The notes: generated from the sequence alone by a model not told the origin. A stretch of DNA of 64,000 bases from Chthonomonadales bacterium (GCA_049967475.1 JBMFSQ010000012.1:30883-94882), one strand, 5' to 3'. Positions 38,610 to 51,314 are shown, counted from the first letter of the stretch. Translations and numbers: made by a program.

Positions 38610-41096
38610 ATGGCAAATGCGTTGATGGTGATGGGGCTTTGGGCTGCGATCTTCGCGCCTGGAAGGAGTTCCGCCGAGATGACACTCTTCAAGGCTGGAG
38701 GTGCCGGCCGAGAAATTGGGATCGAACAAGGGATCCTGCGCACCACCGCGCTCTTAGCAGGCGCCATCCGGTGCGAGGTGCGCGGGCCCGAGTTTCGCCT
38801 CTGCATCGGCGAGCATCCCGTGGTTGTAGAGAGCTCTCGCTTTCATGCAGTCCCGGTCGGGCGCGGGCGCTATCAGTGTACATCAACGGATCTGCCGTCT
38901 GTACAGGTGCGCTATGCTGCAGACCACCAGAGAGGCGTTGTGCACAAATGGCTCCGCGTGCAAAACACAACAGCGCATCCCATCCTTTTGCGTTGGGTTG
39001 ATGTAGAGGCCTGGAAACCGGGCGAAGCCATCACCTATTCCGTGTCGCCGCAATTTCCACAGCTAGGCGATTGGGGACAGCCTGTGTTCACCACGCACTT
39101 TTTTGTAGGCGTAGAGTTCCCTGCTGCCCGATGCGCTGCGCTTGCGGGCGGCGCACTTCAATGCCGCGAGTACCCCGGGATTTGGCTGAAGCCCCAAGAG
39201 AGCTGGACCTCCCATGCAAGCGTCCTCGGGGCTTCGCCGGCGGGAGCCGTGGAAACCGCCTTCATGAACTATGTGGCTACTTTGCCGCGTCATAAGCCGC
39301 GGGCCTTCATTTACTGGAACGGTTTCCGCGTAATCAAGCCTCCGGATCGCACATCTCAGGGACTGCGCATGATCGAGCGCGCGCGGGAATTGAAGCGCCT
39401 CACCGGTTTCGCTTTCGATGCCTGGACGTACGACGCGGGCTTCGATATGTACCGGCCCGACGCGCTCTTCGTTCCAAACGAGCCGGCACTGTGGCCTGCA
39501 TCGCGTGAAGTTCTGAAGGACGTTGGCACCCCGCTGGGCTTCTGGACGAGCTTTTCGTGTGTCTTTGACACACCTACGCATGCCTGGGGCGCTCGGCAGG
39601 GCTACGGGCTTCAGCATTCTTCGGCGTACTGCCTTGCCGAGCCCACATACGCCCGGGCCATGGAACGGCGGCTGGCGCAGATCGTGCGGCAATACGGCAT
39701 GAGATCCATCAATTTTGACGGCATGTATTGGGGCCAAGGTTATGGATGCAATACTCCCGGTCACGGCCATCTCGTAGGCGAGGGAGAAGAGGCGGGCGTA
39801 TACGGCACGTACGCGGTAGTTGCGGAAGAGATGCGCATCTTCAGGATGCTCAGGCGCATCCGGCCGGATATCTGCTTGGATCTGTTCGTGTGCAACGAGT
39901 GGGCCAGCCCATGGTGGCTCAGAGAAGTGGATGGCGTGCATACGGTGCCCGGCGACACAGTCGCGGCCGGCATCCCCTCGCCCTGGCTTCGTGACGAACT
40001 GATTACTGTACGTGATATGCAGGTTTGGGATGAACACGTGCGGATGCGGCGGCAGTTTCCGCTATGGGCTGAAGACCTGTATGGAAACCAGGTGCGCAAG
40101 GATCACCTAATTGACGGCATCACCGTTACAGGCGAGAGCATGGGAGCGCGTTGGGAAGATGAATACGTGATGGCGCTGGCAGCACGAGGAGCCGTGTCCG
40201 CCTATATCGTGTGCTGCGACCTGGATGTGCTGGCCCATACTGCTGCCGGGCTCCGCTTCCTGGGTGAGGTTGCCAAGTGGGTGAAAGCCAATGCGCCCAT
40301 CTACCGGCATTTCGCGCTCATCGGCGGAGACCCGGCCCGCGGCGAAGCCTTTGGCTATGCCCACGGGGACGGCGCCGGCCGCGCCCTCGTCGGCATACGC
40401 AATCCGGTGATTGCAACCCAACAGATCACAATCAAGATCGGCACGGAGCTGAACCTGCGGGAGGCCGGACCTTATCAGGTGACGATGCTCTATCCCTACC
40501 GATACACGTGGAACCGCGTAGATGCGGAAAAAGGGGTGTCCGTCACTCTGTGGGGCTTTGAGGTCGCGCTCCTGGAGGTGAGGTCCGCCAGACGCGCCTA
40601 TCCCAACGTACCGGAAGGCCGGTGGGTGGATCAGAACGGCATGCTCTATACGGCTGGGCCAGATCCCGATCCGCCGTCACCCGAATGGAACTTCAATGCT
40701 TCCCGACGGCCGGACCTCAACCTCAATGGGGCTGTCACCATACCGGACGGAACCCGCGGCGAGCTGCAGATCGCGCTGGCGAACCTGAAAGGGCGCGATG
40801 CCATAGGAGCAACGGCAGAGGTGGACGGGGCTCGTATACCCGTTGAGGTCCATTTGCGAAATCGCGGCGCCAATGCGGATGCCTGGCTTCTGTTGCCCCT
40901 CGGTGCAGGGCGCCACCAGATCGAGATCTCGTGCGACGTCCCCGCCGGCACACTTTCGGGAGCCTGGCTGGAGTGCCGGGGTGAACGGAACTTCACACAG
41001 ACGCACCATCGCGCACCGGACGGTTTGTTTCCAATAGTGCATCCGGGCCAATGGCGCAGGAGCTATCAGGTTCTGACAGCCCGATCAAGGCCATAG
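38610..41096 (+). CDS. Secreted clan GH-D-like (GH36/GH27 alpha-galactosidase-like) glycoside hydrolase
   Basis: RBS GGAG; signal-like N-terminus; YWNGF, WTYDAGFD, LGFWTS, YCLA, INFDG, WASPWWL. Confidence 0.6.
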   Translation: MANALMVMGLWAAIFAPGRSSAEMTLFKAGGAGREIGIEQGILRTTALLAGAIRCEVRGPEFRLCIGEHPVVVESSRFHAVPVGRGRYQCTSTDLPSVQVRYAADHQRGVVHKWLRVQNTTAHPILLRWVDVEAWKPGEAITYSVSPQFPQLGDWGQPVFTTHFFVGVEFPAARCAALAGGALQCREYPGIWLKPQESWTSHASVLGASPAGAVETAFMNYVATLPRHKPRAFIYWNGFRVIKPPDRTSQGLRMIERARELKRLTGFAFDAWTYDAGFDMYRPDALFVPNEPALWPASREVLKDVGTPLGFWTSFSCVFDTPTHAWGARQGYGLQHSSAYCLAEPTYARAMERRLAQIVRQYGMRSINFDGMYWGQGYGCNTPGHGHLVGEGEEAGVYGTYAVVAEEMRIFRMLRRIRPDICLDLFVCNEWASPWWLREVDGVHTVPGDTVAAGIPSPWLRDELITVRDMQVWDEHVRMRRQFPLWAEDLYGNQVRKDHLIDGITVTGESMGARWEDEYVMALAARGAVSAYIVCCDLDVLAHTAAGLRFLGEVAKWVKANAPIYRHFALIGGDPARGEAFGYAHGDGAGRALVGIRNPVIATQQITIKIGTELNLREAGPYQVTMLYPYRYTWNRVDAEKGVSVTLWGFEVALLEVRSARRAYPNVPEGRWVDQNGMLYTAGPDPDPPSPEWNFNASRRPDLNLNGAVTIPDGTRGELQIALANLKGRDAIGATAEVDGARIPVEVHLRNRGANADAWLLLPLGAGRHQIEISCDVPAGTLSGAWLECRGERNFTQTHHRAPDGLFPIVHPGQWRRSYQVLTARSRP

Positions 41097-41266
41097 GCGG
41101 CGCAGATCTTAACAACATTTAATCGGCGTTTCATGCTGCTTTCATGTCGGATTGGTAAAATAGCCGCGGTTGCGTTCTGGGAGGACGTTCGATCCCGAGT
41201 GAGGATGCCTGTGCGAGAGGGGATTAGAGGGTACCGCGGCTTTGCATGATAGGTAAGATTACCCTC

Positions 41267-41295
41267 TTGACCGCAGCAACCGGCAAGGTTAAACT
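41267..41295 (+). promoter_or_regulatory. sigma70 promoter upstream of the second prepilin gene
   Basis: TTGACC-N17-TAAACT. Confidence 0.6.
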
Positions 41296-41426
41296 GCTCA
41301 ATGATTGTCCATGTCGCCGGGCACTACCCGCGGCGACGGGTGCGATTGCCTGAGCTTTGCCTCCGGAAGGGGAAGCAGGGCCGTCTTCCTACGCAAACAT
41401 TGGATCAACTACAGGAGGAAACGCTG

Positions 41427-42194
41427 ATGTTCTCACCGTCCAAACGATCAGCCTTTACGCTGATCGAATTGCTCGTCGTTATCGCGATTATCGCAATTCT
41501 GGCAGCAATCTTGTTCCCTGTGTTTGCCCAGGCACGGGAGCGCGCCCGCCAGAACACCTGCCTTTCCAACGAAAAGCAAATCATGCTGGGCATCATGCAA
41601 TATGCTCAAGATTATGATGAGACGTACTGCACGGGCCGCCATCCGAACTCCGGCGTAGTGGATGCATACCTCGGCAACGATAGCTGTGGCCAGTACCCGT
41701 ACGGATATACGTGGCGGTATGCGGTGATGCCCTACATCAAGAACTCTCAAATCTGGTCTTGCCCGAGCAACCAACAATCCGATCCCGGTGACGGCAATAG
41801 CTGGGTGGAAGGTTGTTTGGATCGGCAGGCAGGCATTCACCGCGGATATGCTCTGAACGGGAACATCTTCAATACCTGGCGCGGCGTCAAGATGGCCACC
41901 ATTCAGCGTGCGGCCGGAGTGATGATGCTTCTGGAAAGCCGCTTCGAATACCCGGACCTTGGCGATTGGTGTTATCCCGGTTGGTATTGGGTAGGCGGCA
42001 AGGGGAATTTCCAGACCCACCTGGGAATGTCCAACTGGGGCTTTGTGGATGGACACGTAAAGGCCATGAAGCACCAGGCGGTAGCCGGATCCAATCCCAC
42101 CAGCTACTGGCGCGATGAGGAGCCGCCCTACAATGACCTCGGTTGGATCCCGAACCTCTTGAGCCGCATCAATCAGGTTGCCGAATACCGCTAA
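41427..42194 (+). CDS. Prepilin-type N-terminal cleavage/methylation protein with DUF1559 and H-X9-DG motif
   Basis: [57 protein letters not shown]. Confidence 0.93.
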   Translation: MFSPSKRSAFTLIELLVVIAIIAILAAILFPVFAQARERARQNTCLSNEKQIMLGIMQYAQDYDETYCTGRHPNSGVVDAYLGNDSCGQYPYGYTWRYAVMPYIKNSQIWSCPSNQQSDPGDGNSWVEGCLDRQAGIHRGYALNGNIFNTWRGVKMATIQRAAGVMMLLESRFEYPDLGDWCYPGWYWVGGKGNFQTHLGMSNWGFVDGHVKAMKHQAVAGSNPTSYWRDEEPPYNDLGWIPNLLSRINQVAEYR

Positions 42195-42217
42195 ACTCCG
42201 CTTGCAATGAACGCGAC

Positions 42218-42259
42218 GCCCGGGCCGCAGGCTATGCTTGAGGTCCGGGCTTCTTTTTT
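42218..42259 (+). terminator. Intrinsic terminator after the prepilin gene
   Basis: GCCCGGGCC...GGTCCGGGC stem followed by TTCTTTTTT. Confidence 0.7.
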
Positions 42260-42313
42260 GACAGCATCCTCCGCCTACCGTCCGCACGGGTGCGCTGTAG
42301 GGTACCATGGGGC

Positions 42314-43423
42314 ATGCTCGTAGCTGCATGCCTGTGTGGTTTCTGCATTGCGCCGATATCGGCCGCCGCCGCTTCGACGGCTGTTGCCAGCGCCCAACGC
42401 GTTCTGGTCGGCGCCATCCGCTGGGATGGCTGGCACGGCAGCCAGAGTGAAGTGGGGAGAGTTCTCCAAACCACTCTGGATCCCATCCAATGGCGGTACC
42501 GCCTGCCATTCTACGCCCGTATATCCCCGGATGGACATGTAGAGATAGACGGCAGTTCCCAACAGGTTGTAGATGAAGAGATCCGCCAGGCGTCTGCGGC
42601 AGGTCTGGACTATTTCGCCTTCGTAACATACCCGGCGGGCACACCCATGAGCTTGGGTCTCGATCGGTATCTTTCCAGCCCCATCCGCAGCCGCATTCAT
42701 TTCTGCCTGATCACGGAAGCGCTGCGATGGAAGGACCCCGCATTCCGCAAGCGGGTGGAGGATCTGATGGCAGAACCCGGGTATCTCACAGTTTTGAACC
42801 GCCGGCCCGTCCTCTTCCTCGGTTTCCTCGACGAGGATACGATTGCGGCCCAATGGGGTTCTGCGCGGGCCTTCCGCAAGGCCTTGGACGATCTTCGCCG
42901 GAATCTACGCCGCCGCGGGTTCGGGGAACTCTATCTTGTGATCATGGACTTCCATGCCGTGCCGGGAGCGCTATGGGCTGAGCGCCTGGGCGCGGATGCG
43001 ATCAGCGCCTATGCCACGGAAGGGGGCGGCCGGGGAGCGCCCTACGCGGCGCTGGCGGCACACACAGAGCACTTCTGGAACGACTGCCTGAAAACCGGCC
43101 GACACGTGGTGCCTCTCGTCATGACGGGTTGGGACCGGCGGCCGCGCGTGATGCATCCCCATCCATGGGAACCTTGGCAAAAACCCGGCGTGGGTATCGA
43201 AAAGTACTATCAGACGGCCACCCCACAGGAAATCGCAGAACACCTGCTCCACGCAATCCGATGGATCGGCAGCCATGCTGACGCGGATCCGCCTCGCCTC
43301 ATCCTAATCTACGCGTGGAACGAGAATGATGAAGGGGGATGGCTGGTCCCAACCGTTGCGGAAGGCAACGCGCGTCTTCGGGCCCTCCGCGCAGCGTTGG
43401 AGCGCGTCCGCATGCCCAAATGA
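42314..43423 (+). CDS. Secreted GH99/GH71/WbsX-like glycoside hydrolase (start uncertain; ORF opens at 42290)
   Basis: Signal peptide; VGAIRWDGW, AGLDYFAF, GWDRRPR, IYAWNENDEGGWLVPT. Confidence 0.7.
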   Translation: MLVAACLCGFCIAPISAAAASTAVASAQRVLVGAIRWDGWHGSQSEVGRVLQTTLDPIQWRYRLPFYARISPDGHVEIDGSSQQVVDEEIRQASAAGLDYFAFVTYPAGTPMSLGLDRYLSSPIRSRIHFCLITEALRWKDPAFRKRVEDLMAEPGYLTVLNRRPVLFLGFLDEDTIAAQWGSARAFRKALDDLRRNLRRRGFGELYLVIMDFHAVPGALWAERLGADAISAYATEGGGRGAPYAALAAHTEHFWNDCLKTGRHVVPLVMTGWDRRPRVMHPHPWEPWQKPGVGIEKYYQTATPQEIAEHLLHAIRWIGSHADADPPRLILIYAWNENDEGGWLVPTVAEGNARLRALRAALERVRMPK

Positions 43424-43570
43424 TCCGGCGATAGGTGCCGCCCTTTTGCGTCAAAGCCAATCGGGAGGTAGCCGGCAGGGAACCTCAAGGCCTCCAGCGA
43501 AGTTACAATGGAAGGGTTGAGCTATATTCGAGGGGGCATCCGTAATGCTTCCTAGATTGAGAGGAGACCA

Positions 43571-44878
43571 ATGAAGGGACACCAAGAGAGCGGAACGACA
43601 CGGCGGGAATTCCTGAAGACAGGGACCGTTGCCCTGGCTGGAGCATTGGCGGGGCCGGCTGTAGGCGCCAATCCTATGCGTGTAGCCACTAGAGCGGACA
43701 CCATCAAAGTAGGGCTGATCGGCTGCGGCGGCCGCGGTACGGGCGCTGCCTCGCAGGCTCTGCGTGCCGACCCGGGCGTGGTTCTCACCGCCATGGGCGA
43801 TGTCGTTCAGAGCCAGATAGATAAGAGCTTGGCAGCGCTCAAAGCCGAGCCTGATATCGCAGCCCGTGTCCAAGTGAATCCCAGCCGAATGTTCATCGGG
43901 CTCGATTGCTACCTAAAGGTTTTGGCGAGCGGTGTAGACGTGGTATTGCTGGCATCGCCGCCGGGTTTTCGGCCCCGGGAGATCCGCGCTGCAGTGGACG
44001 CCGGCAAGCACATCTTCGCCGAGAAGCCCATGGGTACCGACCCCGTGATGGTGCGCATGGCCTGGGAGGCAGCTCGCGATGCCAAAACCAAGAACCTTGC
44101 GCTGGTCGCCGGGTTCTGCTGGCGCTATGAGCCCGCCCGGCGCGCTTTCTACCAAAAGATCCACGAAGGCGCGATCGGAGACATACGCCATATCCATGCC
44201 ACATACCTGGCAGGACCGGTAAAGCCCATGCCGCCCGCATCCGACAGGCCGGCCGGAATGAGCGACGTTGAGTGGCAGATACGCAACTGGTACAACTTCG
44301 TTTGGCTCTCCGGTGATGGTTTGGTGGAACAGGCGTGTCATAGCGTAGACAAGATCCTTTGGGCCATGAAAGACGTTCCTCCCCTTCGGTGCGTTGCCAA
44401 CGGAGGGCGCATGCACCCAAACAACGAAGGGAACATCTATGACCACATTGATGTGTTCTACGAGTGGCCGGACGGTTCCCGTGCCACCATGGCCCAACGA
44501 CAGATTACGTGCCCCTACTATGACAATTCCGACTTCATCGCAGGAACGCGCGGAATGGGCATCATAACCGGCGCGGGTCCCGTGATCAAGGGTGAGGTCG
44601 CCTGGCACTACGAGGGGCCTCTCAAAGATATGTATCAAGTAGAACACGACGAGCTCTTTGCATCCATACGCCGCGGTAAACCCATCAACGATGGGGAACG
44701 CATGGCGCGGAGCACCATGGCCGCCCTCATGGGCCGTTCTGCTGCGTACACCGGCGCGCAGATTACGTGGGACCAGATCATGCAGTCCCAGTGGCGCCTG
44801 TTCCCCGAGAAGTTGGAGTGGAACATGTCGCTACCCGTGAGCCCCATCGCCATTCCCGGCGTCACAAAGTTCGTGTGA
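43571..44878 (+). CDS. Tat-signal Gfo/Idh/MocA-family oxidoreductase
   Basis: TRREFLK twin-arginine motif; GLIGCGGRGTGA; FAEKP; RBS GAGGAG. Confidence 0.92.
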   Translation: MKGHQESGTTRREFLKTGTVALAGALAGPAVGANPMRVATRADTIKVGLIGCGGRGTGAASQALRADPGVVLTAMGDVVQSQIDKSLAALKAEPDIAARVQVNPSRMFIGLDCYLKVLASGVDVVLLASPPGFRPREIRAAVDAGKHIFAEKPMGTDPVMVRMAWEAARDAKTKNLALVAGFCWRYEPARRAFYQKIHEGAIGDIRHIHATYLAGPVKPMPPASDRPAGMSDVEWQIRNWYNFVWLSGDGLVEQACHSVDKILWAMKDVPPLRCVANGGRMHPNNEGNIYDHIDVFYEWPDGSRATMAQRQITCPYYDNSDFIAGTRGMGIITGAGPVIKGEVAWHYEGPLKDMYQVEHDELFASIRRGKPINDGERMARSTMAALMGRSAAYTGAQITWDQIMQSQWRLFPEKLEWNMSLPVSPIAIPGVTKFV

Positions 44879-46894
<2,016 letters not shown>

Positions 46895-46931
46895 CCCCGC
46901 ACGAGCGGTGGGAGACGTAGGGTTGCCCTGG

Positions 46932-46981
46932 CCCCACGCAGAGCCGGCTACGCATGCACATTGGGTGGGCTCTGCGTGGGG
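46932..46981. repeat. Perfect 14-bp inverted repeat between dnaK and dnaJ
   Basis: CCCCACGCAGAGCC-N22-GGCTCTGCGTGGGG. Confidence 0.8.
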
Positions 46982-47019
46982 TGCCCGAAGCTCCATTGGA
47001 CTTGCTGGGAGGTATTGGC

Positions 47020-48042
47020 GTGAACGGGCCTACGTACAAGGACTATTACCAGATCCTAGGCGTGCCGCGAACGGCCGACGAAAAAGAGATCAAGTCGGCC
47101 TATCGCAAGCTCGCGCGCAAATATCACCCAGACGTCAACCCCGGCGACAAGTCTGCGGAAGAGAAGTTCAAGGAGATCCAAGAGGCTTACGATATCCTTG
47201 GGGACCCTGCGAAGCGCGCTCAATATGACCGCTTCGGCGAGCAGTGGAAGACGTACAGCCGCACAGCCGCAGAGCAACCCGGCGGGTACGGCGGGTACGA
47301 CTTTCGCGTAGACCTCGGCGGACCGGGTATCAACCTCAGCGATTTCTTTGAGTCTCTCTTCGGGGGCGGGCATCGGGGTACCCAAACGCAAAGCAGATCC
47401 GTCCACGAGCGCGGCGAGGATCTCGAATACGGCATAGACCTTACCTTGGAAGAGGCGCAAAACGGGGTCACAAAGGATCTTACACTCAAAACAGAGGATC
47501 TCTGTGCCGTGTGCGGGGGATCCGGAGTGGCCCCCAACAACCGGGGGATGCTCGGTCTGGGCCTCCCCTGCGCAGCGTGCCAAGGTACCGGCCGCATACC
47601 CCGCACCCGCCGAGTGGAGGTGAAGATCCCCGCCGGCGTAACGGAGGGGCAGCGCATTCGGCTGGCGGGAGAAGGCGGTGCCGGCCTCAATGGGCGCCGC
47701 GGGGACCTTTACCTTCTGGTGCGCCTCAAACCGCATCCCGTTTTTCGGCGGGAGGGCAACGATCTTCTAGTGGATGTGGGAGTGCCCTTCACCGTGGCGG
47801 CCCTGGGAGGCGAGGTGGAAGTTCCCACGTTGAGCGGAAGGCGGACCCTTACCGTGCCGGCAGGCGTGCAATGCGGGCAGAAGTTGAGAGTGGCCGGCCA
47901 GGGATTGAAGGGCTCCGGCTCCCGGCGTACCGGGGATCTGTACGCAGTGATCAAGGTACTCGTGCCGAAGGATCTGTCTCCGCGTGAGCGCGATCTCGTA
48001 CAGGAATTGGCACGCATTCGCGGGGACAAGGCGCGGCTCTGA
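47020..48042 (+). CDS. dnaJ: DnaJ-class co-chaperone with reduced zinc finger (2 CxxCxGxG)
   Basis: [14 protein letters not shown] region, [17 protein letters not shown]-terminal domain; GTG start after GGAGGT. Confidence 0.92.
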   Translation: MNGPTYKDYYQILGVPRTADEKEIKSAYRKLARKYHPDVNPGDKSAEEKFKEIQEAYDILGDPAKRAQYDRFGEQWKTYSRTAAEQPGGYGGYDFRVDLGGPGINLSDFFESLFGGGHRGTQTQSRSVHERGEDLEYGIDLTLEEAQNGVTKDLTLKTEDLCAVCGGSGVAPNNRGMLGLGLPCAACQGTGRIPRTRRVEVKIPAGVTEGQRIRLAGEGGAGLNGRRGDLYLLVRLKPHPVFRREGNDLLVDVGVPFTVAALGGEVEVPTLSGRRTLTVPAGVQCGQKLRVAGQGLKGSGSRRTGDLYAVIKVLVPKDLSPRERDLVQELARIRGDKARL

Positions 48043-48057
48043 AAGGGGGGCGAAGGT

Positions 48058-48393
48058 ATGGACGATCGCGACCCAACAGAACCGGTCTATATGATTAGTG
48101 TAGCGGCGCAACTTACCGGCCTTCATCCCCAAACTGTTCGCTTGTATGAGCGGTTGGGTTTGATTACGCCGCATAGGGTCAATAAGAAGAACCGCGTCTA
48201 TTCCGAGAGCGATATCCAGCGCCTGCTCCAGATCCGCCGCTTCACACAAGAGATGGGAGTGAACCTGGCGGGTGTGGAAATCATCCTCGATTTGCTCGAA
48301 AAGCTGGAGCAGGCTCAGCGGGAGATCGAGCGCTTGCGCACGATGCTGGCGGCGGGTAACGAAGCGCGCACCGCCCCCACCGCCGGGGAATGA
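48058..48393 (+). CDS. hspR: MerR-family heat-shock repressor HspR
   Basis: PVYMISVAAQLTGLHPQTVRLYERLGLI, GVNLAGVEIIL; follows dnaK-dnaJ. Confidence 0.9.
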   Translation: MDDRDPTEPVYMISVAAQLTGLHPQTVRLYERLGLITPHRVNKKNRVYSESDIQRLLQIRRFTQEMGVNLAGVEIILDLLEKLEQAQREIERLRTMLAAGNEARTAPTAGE

Positions 48394-48652
48394 TCCTTTG
48401 GGAGAAGGACGCACTAGGTTCTGAGGTTACTGGGCAGTTTGGTGTTCGTCTATAGCACGGAAGGCACCCGTTCAAGGATCCTGGGGCCCTGTGCACGAGC
48501 CACGTAGGCGTGAGGCAAGGCGGCAGCTAAGGCTGAAGGGATGCCCTTGGAATTACTGCAACGGTGGTGCCTCGGAAGCGAAGGGGCCACCGGAACCAGT
48601 AGTCTGCGATGTGTGGGCCCGCTTTCAATCGTGGTGAGCGAGGTGGGGACCG

Positions 48653-49309
48653 ATGAACACACTACTGAGCCCCGTTCAGCTCATGGCGCGTCGGGCTGTG
48701 TTCGCCCTCGACGCGGTCCAGCGACGCCGCTTCGGCGTATACGAGTTCACAGACGATGATCGCTGCATCCTCAGAGTGGCTCGCACCCAAGCAACTGAGC
48801 ACGTTGTTCTCGGCGATGGGACCGAGGTTGCCCCAGGAGATCCGATCCTCGAAATACATTTTTGGAACGAACACATACCGGAGATGGGGCCCGACGGTCC
48901 CGACCTCGCCTGGGCCGCACGTTTCCTTAAGCGGTGGCTTCATTCCTTGCGGCTCCTGGCCAGATACATTCAGCATTCCCCGGAGTGCTCTCAGATCGTT
49001 GCCATCCGCGGCGTGTCATCCTTCGCGAGCCACGCCCTCGGAAAATACCAGCATGTTACCGGTCTCATGGGTTTCGAGCTGCACCGCGAGGTACCGCGGA
49101 GCCGCAGAGATGAGGTGATCTGCTTTTTCGTGAGCCTCTACGTGTGGGTGATCGTGTGGGTGCTTCATCCGGCGGGTCTGCGGGGCAAGCCCGTGGCGAC
49201 TGCAGAGCGCGGATCGCTGTGGATCTCTCGCCGAGGTCTGTTGGAGCGCTTCGGGCGTCCGGAACGCCACCCCGCACAAGATCGCTGCATCCCCACACGG
49301 GTCGCCTAA
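48653..49309 (+). CDS. YkoP-like protein
   Basis: LGDGTEVAPGDPILEIHFWNEH; upstream of DedA and GT4 genes. Confidence 0.65.
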   Translation: MNTLLSPVQLMARRAVFALDAVQRRRFGVYEFTDDDRCILRVARTQATEHVVLGDGTEVAPGDPILEIHFWNEHIPEMGPDGPDLAWAARFLKRWLHSLRLLARYIQHSPECSQIVAIRGVSSFASHALGKYQHVTGLMGFELHREVPRSRRDEVICFFVSLYVWVIVWVLHPAGLRGKPVATAERGSLWISRRGLLERFGRPERHPAQDRCIPTRVA

Positions 49310-49407
49310 TCTAGGGGCTGATGCGGATGCTGTGCCAGGCTGCTCGAACCCGCGGCATAGCGGTAGGGCTCTAGGGAGCAATCGGCGGTATCGGACCGCA
49401 TCTTCCT

Positions 49408-50133
49408 TTGCGCGGCGCACGCCGCCACAACCCGCCCGGTCCCGGTATCGGAACGCACTCGTTACGCGGGTCATGGGGTTGGCACTGTCGGAAAGAAGGG
49501 TCGCAGGTGGGGCAGCCAGACGCAGTCGCTGGGACATTGCCGCATGTGCTTCGCCATGCCCAAGAATTGGGGCCGTGGGTCTATCCGGTCCTCGCCCTGC
49601 TCGTGATGCTCGAAGGACCTGCGGCCACTCTGCTGGGAGCCAGCGCTGCGGCCATCGGGTTTATGCGCCCGATCCCAGTTTTTATTACCGCTGCGAGCGC
49701 CAACATGGCGAGCGATGCGCTTTGGTATCATCTGGGCCGCCTCGGCAAGGCCGAATGGATGGTAGATCACGCCCGATGGCTCGGCTTGGCTCCTGCCCGG
49801 GTGCAGCTGATGCAGCGCAAGATCCGGCGCAACGGTGTGCGGATGCTGTTCGTAGCCAAACTGACCCTGGTCTTTTCGGTGCCTGCCCTTGTTGCGGCAG
49901 GCGTCTGCCGGGTTTCCTATCGGCGATGGCTCCCATACGGTATTGCGGCGGAAGCTCTTTGGACCGGCACGCTCGTAACCCTGGGTTACACCCTCAGTGC
50001 GTATATCCAAAGGCTCACGCACGGCATCCAGATCCTCGCCGCAGCCAGTGCCGCCGTTTTCGTGCCTGTGATGCTCGTGCTCGTGATCCGGTATGCATCG
50101 GAGCGGTCTATCCAGCCTGAGGAAGACTTGTGA
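49408..50133 (+). CDS. DedA/VTT-family membrane protein (start uncertain, possibly GTG 49507)
   Basis: LEGP, ASDALWYHLGR, AAGVCRVSYRRW..., several TM segments. Confidence 0.85.
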   Translation: MRGARRHNPPGPGIGTHSLRGSWGWHCRKEGSQVGQPDAVAGTLPHVLRHAQELGPWVYPVLALLVMLEGPAATLLGASAAAIGFMRPIPVFITAASANMASDALWYHLGRLGKAEWMVDHARWLGLAPARVQLMQRKIRRNGVRMLFVAKLTLVFSVPALVAAGVCRVSYRRWLPYGIAAEALWTGTLVTLGYTLSAYIQRLTHGIQILAAASAAVFVPVMLVLVIRYASERSIQPEEDL

Positions 50134-51314
50134 GAATAGCCATCGCCTCCCAGAACTTCGTTCAGGCTAACAACGGCCAGGCAGTGTTTGCCCGCAATTT
50201 GGCCAAGCGGCTGGCAGATGGCGGCCACGAGGTCCTCTGCCTAACCCCGTCTGATCGAGGGGAGCCCTACCGGGTAGAGGAAGGCCAACTTCAGATCGCC
50301 GCCATTACCTCGGTCGCCTTGAAGCCCTTCTATCCGGATGTACGCGTGAGCTTCTGGGCAGACCGGGCGGTGTCAAAGCTTCTGGACGAGTTCCATCCTG
50401 ATGTTGTCCACATCCAAGATCACTTCCCATTGTGCCGAGCGGTTGTGCGCAAGGCACGGGCAAGGTCCATCCCGTTATTGGGAACGAACCATTTTCTCCC
50501 CGAAAATCTGGTACCGTACATCCCCATCCTGGGTCGCATCCCCGCGACACGCAGATTGGTGGAACGGATCCTTTGGCGGCAGGTGCGGGTTGTATTCTCC
50601 GCGATGGATGCCGTTGCAGCGCCCAGCAGGACGGCTGCCTGCATCCTCGAGAGAGAAGCCGGGATACCATCGGTCGTCGCCATCTCGTGTGGTGTTGACG
50701 TCGAGGCATGGCAGGCAGATCCTTCATTGGAACCTTCGGCTGCGCGCGCCGTCTTCGGATTGCCGGAAGAGGGCGTAGGCGTGCTCTATTTGGGGAGGGT
50801 GGATCGGGAGAAGCGTGTGGATGTGCTCGTGCGCGCCGTAGCGGATCTCGGGTGCTCCGAGGTGTGGCTGGCAGTGGCGGGAACAGGAAGCGAACTCGCA
50901 GCTCTGAAGCGGCTCGCTCGCCGCACCGATGGATCGGCCCGCGTCTACTTCCTGGGGTTCATTGCCGAGCCCGCATTGCCTGTTCTTCTGCGTGCCGCGG
51001 ATGTGTTCGCCATGCCTAGTGAGGCAGAGCTGCTCAGCATCGCCACGCTGGAGGCAATGGCAGCCGGGCTTCCGGTTCTGGCAGCCAATGCCCGAGCGCT
51101 TCCCGAACTGGTAGAACACGGCGTCAACGGATACCTTTTCCGGCCCGGAGACGCGTCCGACGCTGCGCATTGGCTCAGGGCGCTGGCATGCGATGGTGCG
51201 TTGCGCCGCCGAATGGGAGAGGCAGGCCGTCAACGGGCGACGGCGCATGCACTTCCGCAAACGGTCGCCGCCTACGAGAAGATGTACCAGGATGTCCTGG
51301 CGCGCCGCAGATGA
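50130..51314 (+). CDS. GT4 glycosyltransferase (glycolipid synthase-like)
   Basis: PDVVHIQ, GRVDREKRVD, ELLSIATLEAMAAGLPV. Confidence 0.9.
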   Translation: MRIAIASQNFVQANNGQAVFARNLAKRLADGGHEVLCLTPSDRGEPYRVEEGQLQIAAITSVALKPFYPDVRVSFWADRAVSKLLDEFHPDVVHIQDHFPLCRAVVRKARARSIPLLGTNHFLPENLVPYIPILGRIPATRRLVERILWRQVRVVFSAMDAVAAPSRTAACILEREAGIPSVVAISCGVDVEAWQADPSLEPSAARAVFGLPEEGVGVLYLGRVDREKRVDVLVRAVADLGCSEVWLAVAGTGSELAALKRLARRTDGSARVYFLGFIAEPALPVLLRAADVFAMPSEAELLSIATLEAMAAGLPVLAANARALPELVEHGVNGYLFRPGDASDAAHWLRALACDGALRRRMGEAGRQRATAHALPQTVAAYEKMYQDVLARRR

